Assembly: GCA_963725665.1 (NCBI GenBank)
Contig: CAVRZA010000004.1
Span: forward strand, 128,001 to 192,000
DNA from: an uncultured Actinomycetes bacterium
GTDB lineage: Bacteria; Actinomycetota; Thermoleophilia; UBA2241
DNA length: 64,000 nt
Direction: 5' to 3'
Part shown: one piece after another, positions 1 through 10,812 of the stretch
Numbering within the stretch: the stretch's first letter is position 1
Layout: each line of letters opens with the position of its first letter
Made by a program: the position numbers and the translations under genes
Notes under the pieces: model-generated
Told to the model about the DNA's origin: nothing
The model's input: the letters and a program-made list of their open reading frames with translations, nothing else
Databases searched by the model: none

Positions 1-269
1 ATGCCGGCCAGGGCTGGCTCATCTTCGCCCTGCCGCCGGCTGAGATGGCGGCTCATCCCAGCGAGGGCGAGTCGCGGCACGAGCTCTACTTGATGTGCGA
101 CGACATCCACGCCACGGTCGAGGAGCTGCGAAGCAAGGGCGTTGTCTTCACGAAGGGGATCAGCGACGAGGGCTGGGGGCTGCTCACGACGCTCGAGGTT
201 CCGGGCGGGGGTGAGCTCGGGCTCTACGAGCCCCGGCACCCCCGCCCCACGCACATCGGGACCGGCTGA
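1..269 (+). CDS. VOC/glyoxalase (extradiol dioxygenase-like) family protein, 5' truncated by window
   Basis: Frame open from base 3 (AGQGWLIFALPPAEMAAHP); C-terminal DEGWGLLTTLEVPGGGELGLYEP is typical of small VOC proteins. Confidence 0.75.
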   Translation, partial: AGQGWLIFALPPAEMAAHPSEGESRHELYLMCDDIHATVEELRSKGVVFTKGISDEGWGLLTTLEVPGGGELGLYEPRHPRPTHIGTG

Positions 270-470
270 CGGCGCTCCGACCGGTCCTTCAGTCCTGGCG
301 CCAGAGGCGCCGCTGCTCGGGCGACGAACAAGAGGTTGGGCTGCGACATCTGAAGTCGGCGGCAGGAGACCGGGCTCCACATGGGGGCGGAGCCCTGCCG
401 TGCGCGTCGCGCCTCACCGTTCCCACGCGCTGGGCTCGACCCAGGAGCGGAGTCCTTGAGAGGAGGACCT

Positions 471-1388
471 GTGGGTGGTCTCGATGGCAAACGGCTGGAG
501 AAGCTCGTCGGCCCGCTCCGTGTGCCAACCGGCAAGAAGGTGTCGTTGCCCAAGGACTTCGACCCCGGCTACACAGCGGACTTCGTGACGAAGGAAGACG
601 CCCAGGATGACCTGCGCCAGGGTGTCGAGATCCTACGCGACTACCAGGGGCGGCTGGCCGCGCAAGACGTCTACGCTCTGCTCGTGGTGTTGCAGGGGCT
701 CGACGCCTCAGGCAAGGACGGCACCGTCGAGCACGTCATGAGCGGCGTGAACCCGCAGGGCGTGTCGGTGACGAGCTTCAAGGCACCCTCGCCGCTGGAG
801 CTCGATCATGACTTCCTCTGGCGCCACCAGGTGGCGCTGCCAGGGCGCGGCCAGATCGGCGTCTTCAACCGCTCGCACTACGAGGAGGTGCTCGTGGTGC
901 GCGTCCATCCGCAGTATCTCAAGGGCCAGCGTCTGCCGGTGGAGGGCGACGGCGACGAGATCTGGGAGCGTCGCTACCGCGAGATCAACGAGTGGGAGCG
1001 CCACCTCGTCGACAACGGCACCAGGGTGGTGAAGCTGTTCCTCAACGTCTCCAAGGAGGAGCAGCGCCGGCAGTTCCTCGAGCGCATCGACGACCCCACC
1101 AAGGGCTGGAAGTTCTCGCCCGCCGACGTGGGCGAGCGCGAGTACTGGGACGACTACCAGAAGGCCTACATGGCCATGCTGGGCGCGACCAGCACGATGT
1201 GGGCGCCGTGGTACGTGATCCCGGCCGACCACAGGTGGTTCGCGCGTCTCGCCGCGGCTGCCGTCGTCATCTCGGCGCTGGTCGACATCGACCCACGCTT
1301 CCCCGAGGCCGACGACAAGCGCAAAGAGGAGACGGCGGCGGCCAAGCGCCAGCTTGAGGCGGAGGAGCCGGGCAAGAGCGCGGGGTGA
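471..1388 (+). CDS. ppk2: Polyphosphate kinase 2 family protein (class III-like polyP:nucleotide phosphotransferase)
   Basis: Walker A QGLDASGKDG, FNRSHYEEVL, WKFSPAD, WAPWYVIPAD; AGGAGG RBS precedes GTG at 471. Confidence 0.9.
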   Translation: MGGLDGKRLEKLVGPLRVPTGKKVSLPKDFDPGYTADFVTKEDAQDDLRQGVEILRDYQGRLAAQDVYALLVVLQGLDASGKDGTVEHVMSGVNPQGVSVTSFKAPSPLELDHDFLWRHQVALPGRGQIGVFNRSHYEEVLVVRVHPQYLKGQRLPVEGDGDEIWERRYREINEWERHLVDNGTRVVKLFLNVSKEEQRRQFLERIDDPTKGWKFSPADVGEREYWDDYQKAYMAMLGATSTMWAPWYVIPADHRWFARLAAAAVVISALVDIDPRFPEADDKRKEETAAAKRQLEAEEPGKSAG

Positions 1389-2413
1389 CCATGACGGGTC
1401 GCCGCGCGAGCGCCGCTGCCGGCGCCGCCGTCATCCTGGCCTGCCTGGCGCTTGTGCTCGTCGCCGGCTGCGGCGGCGCGTCGCGGGAGAAGCCGCCGCA
1501 GGGCGGCGGCTCGGCCGCGACGCCGCGACCTTCTCATCCCACCCCGACGACGGCGTCGCCCAAGACGTCGACGAAGGGGACCGGTGCGGGGGCGACGCGA
1601 GCCGGCGGCGCGACCTCTGGTGCACGCCGACCGCTCGTCAGGCTCGTCTTCGTCGACGTGGGTCAGGGCGACGCCGTCATCCTCAAGGCCGGCTCGTTCG
1701 ACTGCCTGATCGACGGAGGTCCGCGCGGCGCGGAGGATCACCTCGAGAGCGAGTTGCGCCAGGTCGGCGTCAGGAGGCTCGATCTGCTCGTTCTCACCCA
1801 CCCTCACGCCGACCACATCGGCGGCCTGCCCGAGGTCATCCGCGACTTCAAGCCCAAGCGGGCCGTGGTCGACGAAGGCTGGCCCACGGCCACCTACGCC
1901 GGCGTGAGAAGGGCTCTCTCCTCCGCAGGGACGGCGATACGACGCCGCTTCAGCGGCGCGCGCCTACGGCTTGGCTCGGTCGCGGCGACCGTCCTCAGCC
2001 CCCGCCGCCTCTCCGGCGATCCAAACGCGGACAGCGTCGTGCTGCTGCTCGACGCCTACAGGCGGCGCATCCTCCTCACCGGCGACGTAACCGGGGAGAG
2101 CGAAAGTGCCCTCGCCGGAGTGCTCGCTCGCGGGCCGCGACTGTTCCTGCTCAAGGTCGCGCATCACGGTTCCGACTGGTCGACGGGCTCGACGTTTCTC
2201 GACGCGGCGCGTCCGCGCTTCGCGGTGATCGAGGTGGGGCCGAACCCCTACGGGTACCCCTCGGCGAAGACGATCGGCCGTCTGAGAACCGAGGGCACGC
2301 GCGTCTACACCACGCGCAAGAACGGCGACATACGGGTGACGATCGCTCCCTCGGGCAAGGTGACGTGGCGCTTCGAGCGGTCGGCCAAGCCGGTCACGGG
2401 CGGTGTGAGGTAG
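1385..2413 (+). CDS. ComEC/Rec2-like metallo-beta-lactamase fold lipoprotein
   Basis: Lipobox LVAGC, VDVGQGDA, THPHADHIGG, KVAHHGS; GTGA overlap with ppk2 stop. Confidence 0.85.
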   Translation: MTMTGRRASAAAGAAVILACLALVLVAGCGGASREKPPQGGGSAATPRPSHPTPTTASPKTSTKGTGAGATRAGGATSGARRPLVRLVFVDVGQGDAVILKAGSFDCLIDGGPRGAEDHLESELRQVGVRRLDLLVLTHPHADHIGGLPEVIRDFKPKRAVVDEGWPTATYAGVRRALSSAGTAIRRRFSGARLRLGSVAATVLSPRRLSGDPNADSVVLLLDAYRRRILLTGDVTGESESALAGVLARGPRLFLLKVAHHGSDWSTGSTFLDAARPRFAVIEVGPNPYGYPSAKTIGRLRTEGTRVYTTRKNGDIRVTIAPSGKVTWRFERSAKPVTGGVR

Positions 2414-2432
2414 GCGGACCGGGTCGCCGTGG

Positions 2433-3347
2433 TCAGGCCGCGGCTGCGAAGCGCTCGCCGAAGCCCTCGGTCGCCCAGAGAGCTCCCTGCGCGCCCACCA
2501 CCAGCGCCTCGTAGTCCTGCAGGCGCGAGAGGCGCCCGAGCAGGGCGCCGCCGGAGGCGATCAGCGCCGTCGCCAGCACGTCGCTGAGTGTGAGCTCCGG
2601 GCCGAGGACGGTGGCCGCGGCGAGCGCCGTCGCGGGACGCCCGCTGCCGGGGGTGAGGATGTGCTGGCCACGCTCGTAGCTCCCCGAGGTGGCCAGGGCG
2701 CCCGAACCCTCGATCGTGACCACACCGAGCAGCCGATCGGGACTCGCGGGGTGACGCACGCCAACCCGCCAGGGTTGACCGGGTAGGGGCTCACCGAAGG
2801 TGGCGATGTCGCCGCCGGCGTTGATGAGGCCGGCGGCGAGGCCGCCGGCCTCAAGAGCTTGCAGGGCGCGCTGCGCCGCCCAGCCTTTGACCAGGCCCGT
2901 GGGGTCGAGGCCGCCGGGCAGCCCCCAGGGGTCGAACCAGCCCTCGCTGAGCTCGCGCGCCTGCGCGCAGAGCTCGAGCACCTCGGCCATCTCGGGCGGC
3001 GCGGCGGCGACGTCGATCTCGCCGCGCCGCAGGCGGCTCGCCGGGCTTTCGGGCTTGTAGAGGCTGAAGACCGCGTCGGCCTCATGCAGGAGGGCGACGG
3101 CGCGCGCCAGCGAGGCGCGCGCCGTCGCCTCCGTCACCTCACTGCGAAAGCGCAGCGAGAAGGAGACCGCCGTGCCCATGACGTGCTCGGTGTGGGCCAG
3201 GCGGTGTCCGGCCGGAGGCGCCTCCGGCGTCTGGGCCTCGCGCCGCCCTGCCGTCCGGGCCTTGTGGCGCCCAGCCGTCTCGGTCCCGCGTCGCCGCACC
3301 ATCTTCGTCGGGGAGTCCCGTACCGGTTGCGCAGTCTCGCGTCTCAT
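2433..3347 (-). CDS. apbE: FAD:protein FMN transferase (ApbE family)
   Basis: EHVMGT, DPTGLVKGWA, INAGGDI, WRVGVRHP, ATSGSYERG, DVLATA. Confidence 0.88.
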   Translation of the reverse strand: MRRETAQPVRDSPTKMVRRRGTETAGRHKARTAGRREAQTPEAPPAGHRLAHTEHVMGTAVSFSLRFRSEVTEATARASLARAVALLHEADAVFSLYKPESPASRLRRGEIDVAAAPPEMAEVLELCAQARELSEGWFDPWGLPGGLDPTGLVKGWAAQRALQALEAGGLAAGLINAGGDIATFGEPLPGQPWRVGVRHPASPDRLLGVVTIEGSGALATSGSYERGQHILTPGSGRPATALAAATVLGPELTLSDVLATALIASGGALLGRLSRLQDYEALVVGAQGALWATEGFGERFAAAA

Positions 3348-3396
3348 CCTGTCGCCTCCATGTCTGTGGCGGTCCGGTCGAAGGTTGCCCCCGACA

Positions 3397-3418
3397 CGAT
3401 GAAGGCGCGATGAAGGCG
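3397..3418. promoter_or_regulatory. Two tandem 11-bp direct repeats CGATGAAGGCG upstream of apbE, candidate response-regulator site
   Basis: Exact 11-bp tandem repeat about 50 bp upstream of the apbE start. Confidence 0.45.
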
Positions 3419-3727
3419 CCTCGGGCCTGCGCTGCCGAGGGCGGGGGGCTCGGGGGTGGCGCGGCGATCACGTGGTACATGAGGACGGGAACGGAGCGCG
3501 GCCGGTCCACCGGCGGCGACCTCCCGGCCACGATCGGCTCCCGGCCTCGCCGGCGTATCCAAAGGCGGCGTGGCGGGCCTTGCCGCTCGCGCCTTCACCG
3601 TAGTCCGGGCTGACGACGCGCGCCTCGTTCGCCGCGGGCATGCCTACGAGGATGCCAAGGCGGCATCCCACCCTTGGCTTGACGGCTAGCTTGTCCCCGA
3701 GAGCGGCGGGGGACAACCGTTCCGTGA

Positions 3728-3736
3728 TGGTAGAAT
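3728..3736 (+). promoter_or_regulatory. Extended -10 (TGGTAGAAT); probable leaderless transcript of the nif3-rnh gene
   Basis: TGnTAGAAT ends 7 nt before the GTG at 3744; no RBS. Confidence 0.6.
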
Positions 3737-3743
3737 CGCCGCC

Positions 3744-5369
3744 GTGCTAGTACGTGAGTTCATCTCAGCGGTCGACGGGCTCGCGCCGTTCGAGCTGGCG
3801 GAGCCCTGGGACCGCGTCGGGCTGCAGGTGGGCGCGCTCGACGCGCGCGTCGAGCGCGCCCTCGTGACCCTCGATGTCAACCTCGCGGCCCTCGGCGAGG
3901 CGCGTGAGGCAGGCTGCCAACTCCTCCTCGCCCATCATCCCTTGTTCCGCGACCCACTCGAGGCCGTGACGGACTCCTCCTACCAGGGACGCGCCGTCCT
4001 GCAGGCCGTGCGCGACGGCGTCGCCGTCTTGGTGGCGCACACCAACCTCGACAAGGCGCGCGGCGGGCTTGCCGACATCGTCTGCGAGGCGCTTGACCTC
4101 GAGGGGGTCAAGCCACTGGCGCCGGCGCGCGTGGAGCTCGCCAAGCTCGTGGGTTTCGTGCCCGAGGGCGACGCCGACACCGTGCGCAGCGCGATCTTCG
4201 CCGCCGGTGCAGGGGAGATCGGCGAGTACGTCCACTGCTCGTTTTCGACCAAGGGGGAAGGCACGTTCCTGCCGACCGAGGGAGCACGCCCGACGGTGGG
4301 CGAGGTGGGCAAGGACCAGCGCACCGACGAGCTGCGCATCGAAGTCGTCTTCCCGCGCTCGCTGCGCGGTCAGATCATCGACGCCTTCGTCTCGGCGCAT
4401 TCCTACGAGGAGCCGGCGTTCGACGTCTACCCGGTCGAGAACGAGGTAGCCAGCCTCGGTCTGGGGCGCATCGGCTATCTGCCCGCGCCTGCTTCTCTGG
4501 GCGATCTCGCTACGCTCGTGGCCGGCATCTTCGGCCTGCACGGGGTGCGTTACACCGGCGACTCCGAGCGACAGGTGTCGCGTGTCGTGTGCGTGCCCGG
4601 CTCGGGTGCGGCGCTCCTGGAGCAGGCCGCCGCCGCCGGCGACGTCTTCATCACCGGCGACATCAAGTACCACGACGCCGACAACGCCTATCGTCTCGGC
4701 CTGCCGCTGATCGACGTGCCGCACGAGCTCTGCGAGGGGTTCGCGCTCGAGCGCTGGGCCGAGCGCTTCGCCGACGGCATGAAGACCCAGGGCGTGGAGG
4801 TGCGCTTCTTCGAGCAGCGCCGCCGGCTGTGGCGCCTGGCGGGCCCGATCGAGGAAGGCGGCGAGGTGACGGGACGCGCGGCGGAGGCGGCCGGCGCGGC
4901 CGCGCCGGCCGCCTCCGCCGCGCGTCCCAACAACGCCGTCCATCGTGCCTCCAACTCGAGCGACGACCACTACGAGCTGTTCGTCGACGGCGGCGCCCGC
5001 GGCAACCCCGGTCCCGCGGGCATCGGCGTGCGCCTGCTCGACACCAGCGGCGAGCTGGCCGAGGAGCTGAGCGACTACATCGGCGAGGCGACCAACAACC
5101 AGGCCGAGTACCAGGCGCTGGTCGCGGGGCTCGAGATGGCCATCGACCACGGCGTCCGCCGGCTGACGGTGTTCGCCGACAGCGAGCTCGTCGTGCGCCA
5201 GCTTTCTGGCGAGTACAGGGTCAAGGACAAGGTCCTGGCGCAGTTCCACGACGCCGCGCGGCGCCTGCTGCACCAGTTCCAGGAGGTCGAGGTCAAAGCG
5301 ATCCCGCGTGAGGAGAACGTCGCCGCCGACCAACTGGTGAACCTGGCCATCGACCGCTTTCTGGCGTAG
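3744..5369 (+). CDS. Nif3-like dinuclear metal protein (with PII-like insert) fused to a C-terminal RNase HI domain
   Basis: WDRVGLQVG, HHPLF, HTNLD, HSYEEPAFD, TGDIKYH; Ala-rich linker; then FVDGGARGNPGPAG, TNNQAEY, DSELVVRQ, PREENVAAD. Confidence 0.9.
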   Translation: MLVREFISAVDGLAPFELAEPWDRVGLQVGALDARVERALVTLDVNLAALGEAREAGCQLLLAHHPLFRDPLEAVTDSSYQGRAVLQAVRDGVAVLVAHTNLDKARGGLADIVCEALDLEGVKPLAPARVELAKLVGFVPEGDADTVRSAIFAAGAGEIGEYVHCSFSTKGEGTFLPTEGARPTVGEVGKDQRTDELRIEVVFPRSLRGQIIDAFVSAHSYEEPAFDVYPVENEVASLGLGRIGYLPAPASLGDLATLVAGIFGLHGVRYTGDSERQVSRVVCVPGSGAALLEQAAAAGDVFITGDIKYHDADNAYRLGLPLIDVPHELCEGFALERWAERFADGMKTQGVEVRFFEQRRRLWRLAGPIEEGGEVTGRAAEAAGAAAPAASAARPNNAVHRASNSSDDHYELFVDGGARGNPGPAGIGVRLLDTSGELAEELSDYIGEATNNQAEYQALVAGLEMAIDHGVRRLTVFADSELVVRQLSGEYRVKDKVLAQFHDAARRLLHQFQEVEVKAIPREENVAADQLVNLAIDRFLA

Positions 5370-5431
5370 GGAACTCCCGGGCGCCCTCGTGGCACCCCTC
5401 GGCGGGGTTGTGTATACTACCGCGTTGCCGA

Positions 5432-5508
5432 GCGGGTGTAGCTCAGTTGGCTAGAGCGTCTGCTTGCCATGCAGAAGGTCGAGGGTTCAAGTCCCTTCAC
5501 CCGCTCCA
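5432..5508 (+). tRNA. tRNA-Gly(GCC)
   Basis: Cloverleaf with acceptor GCGGGTG/CACCCGC, anticodon arm TCTGC-TTGCCAT-GCAGA, T-loop TTCAAGT, encoded CCA; -10 TATACT at 5413-5418. Confidence 0.97.
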
Positions 5509-5687
5509 GTATTGCTCGGCACGCAGGGGCAGAGGAGAGGGTCGGCGCTAGGCTCTGTCGTCTGCCCTTCGTTTCGACGGCGGGCCGTCCGTCGTCCGAG
5601 CGGGTTCGCGGAGGTCATTCCGGCGAGCCTGCCGACGTCGATCTGGCGGCTCCCAACCGTCGAACCGAGCGGGGTGCCTCGCGTGCG

Positions 5688-5762
<75 letters not shown>

Positions 5763-5819
5763 AGACTTTCCTGTAAAGAGCCACTTTCCTATTGTGCATC
5801 TCGGCACGCTTTGCCTGAA

Positions 5820-5880
5820 TTGCCGACATCTTGCCGACGAAACTCTCGGTTGACAACTCTCGGTTGACACTCTCGGTGAC
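5820..5880. repeat. Short direct repeats downstream of tRNA-Cys: TTGCCGAC x2 and AACTCTCGGTTGAC x2 plus one degenerate copy
   Basis: 14-mer at 5841-5854 and 5855-5868; ACTCTCGGTGAC at 5869-5880. Confidence 0.85.
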
Positions 5881-6214
5881 AGGGTGCCCGGGTTTGAGAA
5901 CGCGGTGACGGGCCGACTCGAGCACCCGTTTCGACGAATAGTGCTCCTCCTTTCTTGACCTCACTTCCCCGTGGCGTCTAGGTTGGCGATGCCTGCACAA
6001 AGCCGGTCATGAAAGACGCACGGTCTTCTTGGTCAGTGGCAGGCGTCGCAGTCACAGCGGCCAGGGCGAGATCTCTTCCTTGCGTGATGATGGGCTGTTC
6101 GATTCCCTCCTCCAGCACCCCGCTTACAGGGAGAACGGCGAGGCGACATCTTGGCAACTTCGCCACTGCTAGACTCGTGCGCAGATGAGATGCGTCCAAA
6201 GGGAGGGCAAGCTC

Positions 6215-6631
6215 ATGAGCGACACCGGCAAGCGACCGGCCTACACAGCCGCGCATATCGACGACATTCCGTTCGAAGAGGGGGAATCGCCAGAGACCGA
6301 GTGGAAACCGATCCGGCGCTTCTTCGGCATCGGCTCCTTCGGCACCAACCTCGCCCGGGCCACCAGGGCGGGTGACATCCTTACCCACGACCACGACGAG
6401 ACGGGCGTGCGGCACGAGGAGCTGTTCCTGATTGTCAGCGGCCACGCCACGTTCAAGATCGACGGCGAGGAGATCGACGCGCCCGCCGGGACGTTCATCT
6501 ACGTTCCCGACCCCGCCACAGTGCGCGGTGCCGTCGCGCGCGAGGCCGGCACGGCCATGTTCATCGTGGGGGCCGAGCCCGGGGCCGTGTTCTCGCCCTC
6601 GGAGTGGGACACCGAGCCGTTGCCCGACTGA
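6215..6631 (+). CDS. Cupin domain protein
   Basis: HDHDETGVRHEELFLIVSGHATFKIDGEEIDAPAGTFIYV; GGGAGG RBS. Confidence 0.85.
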   Translation: MSDTGKRPAYTAAHIDDIPFEEGESPETEWKPIRRFFGIGSFGTNLARATRAGDILTHDHDETGVRHEELFLIVSGHATFKIDGEEIDAPAGTFIYVPDPATVRGAVAREAGTAMFIVGAEPGAVFSPSEWDTEPLPD

Positions 6632-6885
6632 GAGGAGTTCGACCTGTTTCTGTTCCGCGGGAGAGTAGCAGGGCATGCAAGTTGCCGGCGTGAATGCGGA
6701 CACAGCACTTATCGGCCCGAACGCCGGCGCTGTCGCGGGAACAAGGGTGGTCGCACCAGATGGGGTCCGAACTGCGAGCAGCAGCGGCGCCTGGATTGCG
6801 AACCCCCAATAAACGGAACAACACAAGAGCGGCAGCCGCAGAGCTGCTCGATCTGGCTTCGCGCCGGAAAGGAAGAGATCCCCAC

Positions 6886-8823
<1,938 letters not shown>

Positions 8824-8872
8824 CCGAACTGGCCCGAGAAGACCGGCGTCGGCGGCCTCGAGCGGCAGGGCA

Positions 8873-8916
8873 TTGTGGCGGCTAGCCCCTCCTTTTGTGG
8901 CGGCTAGCCCCTCCTT
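8873..8916. repeat. 22-bp perfect tandem duplication TTGTGGCGGCTAGCCCCTCCTT
   Basis: Two adjacent identical units between the ftsH stop and the convergent gene. Confidence 0.9.
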
Positions 8917-8962
8917 TTCTTCTTGCGCAAGGACATGGTGTATGGCCTGAGGCGTATCGCTG

Positions 8963-9277
8963 CTACTTCTTCGCCCGCGCCATCGCCGCTTTGCCAAACT
9001 CAACAAGGTCACTCACATTCTGAACGGGAGTGACTCTGAATTCCTGCGTGATGGCAATCGAATTCAAATAGCGGCCGATCGCTCCTAGACTGTCCGCTTC
9101 GAGAACGGCAAAGGCCACATGGTCGGGTGCGCCCCACAGCAGCGCATGCGCTTTGACATTCAACTCCTTGCCAACCTCCTCGAGTTTCCCCAGCGAGGCG
9201 AGGAGGTCCGGCATTCTTTCAGCATGATAGGCGGGACAATTGTCTGCGGTGTGCGTCATGCTGACATGGAACAGCAT
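8963..9277 (-). CDS. Small ferredoxin-like fold protein (DUF3303/GYD-like)
   Basis: MLFHVSMTHTADNCPAY...HVAFAVLEADS...EFRVTPV; AAAGGGG RBS. Confidence 0.65.
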   Translation of the reverse strand: MLFHVSMTHTADNCPAYHAERMPDLLASLGKLEEVGKELNVKAHALLWGAPDHVAFAVLEADSLGAIGRYLNSIAITQEFRVTPVQNVSDLVEFGKAAMARAKK

Positions 9278-9479
9278 GGCTCTGGCCCCTTTCGAGTTGA
9301 GAGAGATGACAGTAGTTTGCCCACTGGGGATCTTGCTGATGTCCCAATGAGTGCCTGACTCGCTGGTCTGCTCTGAGATGAGGGAGAAGACTCATCCCAC
9401 AGCAGGTACCGCGATACTCACGGAGCCGCTAGCGCGAAGACGTCAGCGCTTTAGCGCGCATGCACCATCGAGGCTGGCC

Positions 9480-10421
9480 TCACTCGCCGCGTTGTGCCTG
9501 GTCCAGGAGAGCGCCCAGGCCCGGAGACTCGAGTTCAGGCAGCGCGACGGCCCACCGTACGAGGGACTCGTGCCAGTAGTCGAAGTCGGGATCCGGCTTG
9601 GGTTCGACGACCTGATCCGCGGCTGCAAAGAGCAAGGTCCAGGTGAACTGCGCCATGATACTGAACAAGCGTGCCCGGGCGACCTGGACCGGACGGCGAG
9701 CCTGAAAGTAGGTTTCGCAGAGTGCCTCGACCTGGTCGGGGGTGAGCCGCCCCTCGACGGCGACGTTGCCGAGCTCAAAGCATGGATCGTTCATGCCGCT
9801 GTAGTCATAGTCGATGATGCGGATCGTGCCCTTTTGATCGATGAAGTTCGGAGCATAGGCGTCGTTGTTGCAGGGAGCGAAGGGCAGGGCTCGAGCCTCA
9901 AGAGCTTTGCGAATCCGGTCCGCGGTCGGCATGTGTTCGAGGTAGCCCTCGGGAACGCGGATGCCCTCCGAGCGGAGGATCTCAAGGCCGTCGCTGAGGA
10001 TACCGAAGACCGTCTTCTCGTTGGCAAAGGGAGCGACTAGGGTGTGGAGCCGTCGGATACCCAGGGCGATCCGTGGGATGTAGTAGGGAGCGGCGAGGTC
10101 TGCCATCTCGAGTGTTCGTCCCTCGATGAACTCGAGAACCATGATCGCCGCCTGCGGGATCGCGTGCACGAGGCGCGCTCCTACACCCGCCTCTCCCGCC
10201 GCCCGGGTGTTGTGGATCAACTGGTCGTGCGGGATCATCAGTCCGTAGCCGCGGAAGTCGTCCATGAGGAACTTGACCACATACCGGTCGCTGGCAAAGT
10301 GGGCCACGTAGCTTTCGTGTGCTAGTCCGCCGGACAGGCGCTCGAAGCGTGTACGTTCTCGGTCCCAGCCCATGGATCTTGTGAGCCTATCGAGATTGCG
10401 GTTCTTCTTAGTGAGCATCAT
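9480..10421 (-). CDS. Choline/ethanolamine kinase-like phosphotransferase (APH/ChoK family)
   Basis: RLSGGLAH, VLEFIEG, Brenner-like CNNDAYAPNFI, IIDYDYSGMNDPCFELGN. Confidence 0.85.
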   Translation of the reverse strand: MMLTKKNRNLDRLTRSMGWDRERTRFERLSGGLAHESYVAHFASDRYVVKFLMDDFRGYGLMIPHDQLIHNTRAAGEAGVGARLVHAIPQAAIMVLEFIEGRTLEMADLAAPYYIPRIALGIRRLHTLVAPFANEKTVFGILSDGLEILRSEGIRVPEGYLEHMPTADRIRKALEARALPFAPCNNDAYAPNFIDQKGTIRIIDYDYSGMNDPCFELGNVAVEGRLTPDQVEALCETYFQARRPVQVARARLFSIMAQFTWTLLFAAADQVVEPKPDPDFDYWHESLVRWAVALPELESPGLGALLDQAQRGE

Positions 10422-10552
10422 CCATCACAGGGGAGTCACCGATCAGAAGGGCACTCGGGATTATCTACTGGTGTGAATTGCCCTGCAAATGCCCAGTCTC
10501 ACTGAGGAGCTGCCGACGAACTCCGCCGATCAGCTCCAAGGGCGACGCTGAC

Positions 10553-10663
10553 TCACCACATCCCTGTGGCGAAGCACCAGAGTGGCGTGGCCAGAGCGAG
10601 GATGGGCACGAGGACGATGATGAGAAGAGCCAAGGTTCGCTGCCATGACCGGCGTGACAACAT
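10553..10663 (-). CDS. Putative 36-aa hydrophobic small protein (MLSRRSWQRTLALLIIVLVPILALATPLWCFATGMW)
   Basis: GGAGGTG RBS and upstream TACAAT; signal-peptide/TM-like; below the ORF-track cutoff. Confidence 0.4.
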   Translation of the reverse strand: MLSRRSWQRTLALLIIVLVPILALATPLWCFATGMW

Positions 10664-10771
10664 GACACCTCCAACCAACATCTCAGCGACGAGATCCGGC
10701 TTCATTGTAAGCGTCCGTCCTCGGCCTCTGGGGGAGACCGAAGTCTCCCGACGCCGAGCCTGAAAGGAGCG

Positions 10772-10792
10772 GGGCGGCGCACGGCGCCGCCC
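10772..10792 (-). terminator. GC hairpin downstream of padR (putative terminator)
   Basis: GGGCGGCGC/GCGCCGCCC 9-bp stem, 20 nt after the stop. Confidence 0.5.
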
Positions 10793-10812
10793 TGGCGGTC
10801 AGACTCTCTCGG

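Noticed and set aside
10740-10812. GAGAGAG...CTTTCAGG on the minus strand, reminiscent of a glycine riboswitch
   Set aside because: Lacks the conserved CCGAAG core, and the stem is better explained as the padR terminator
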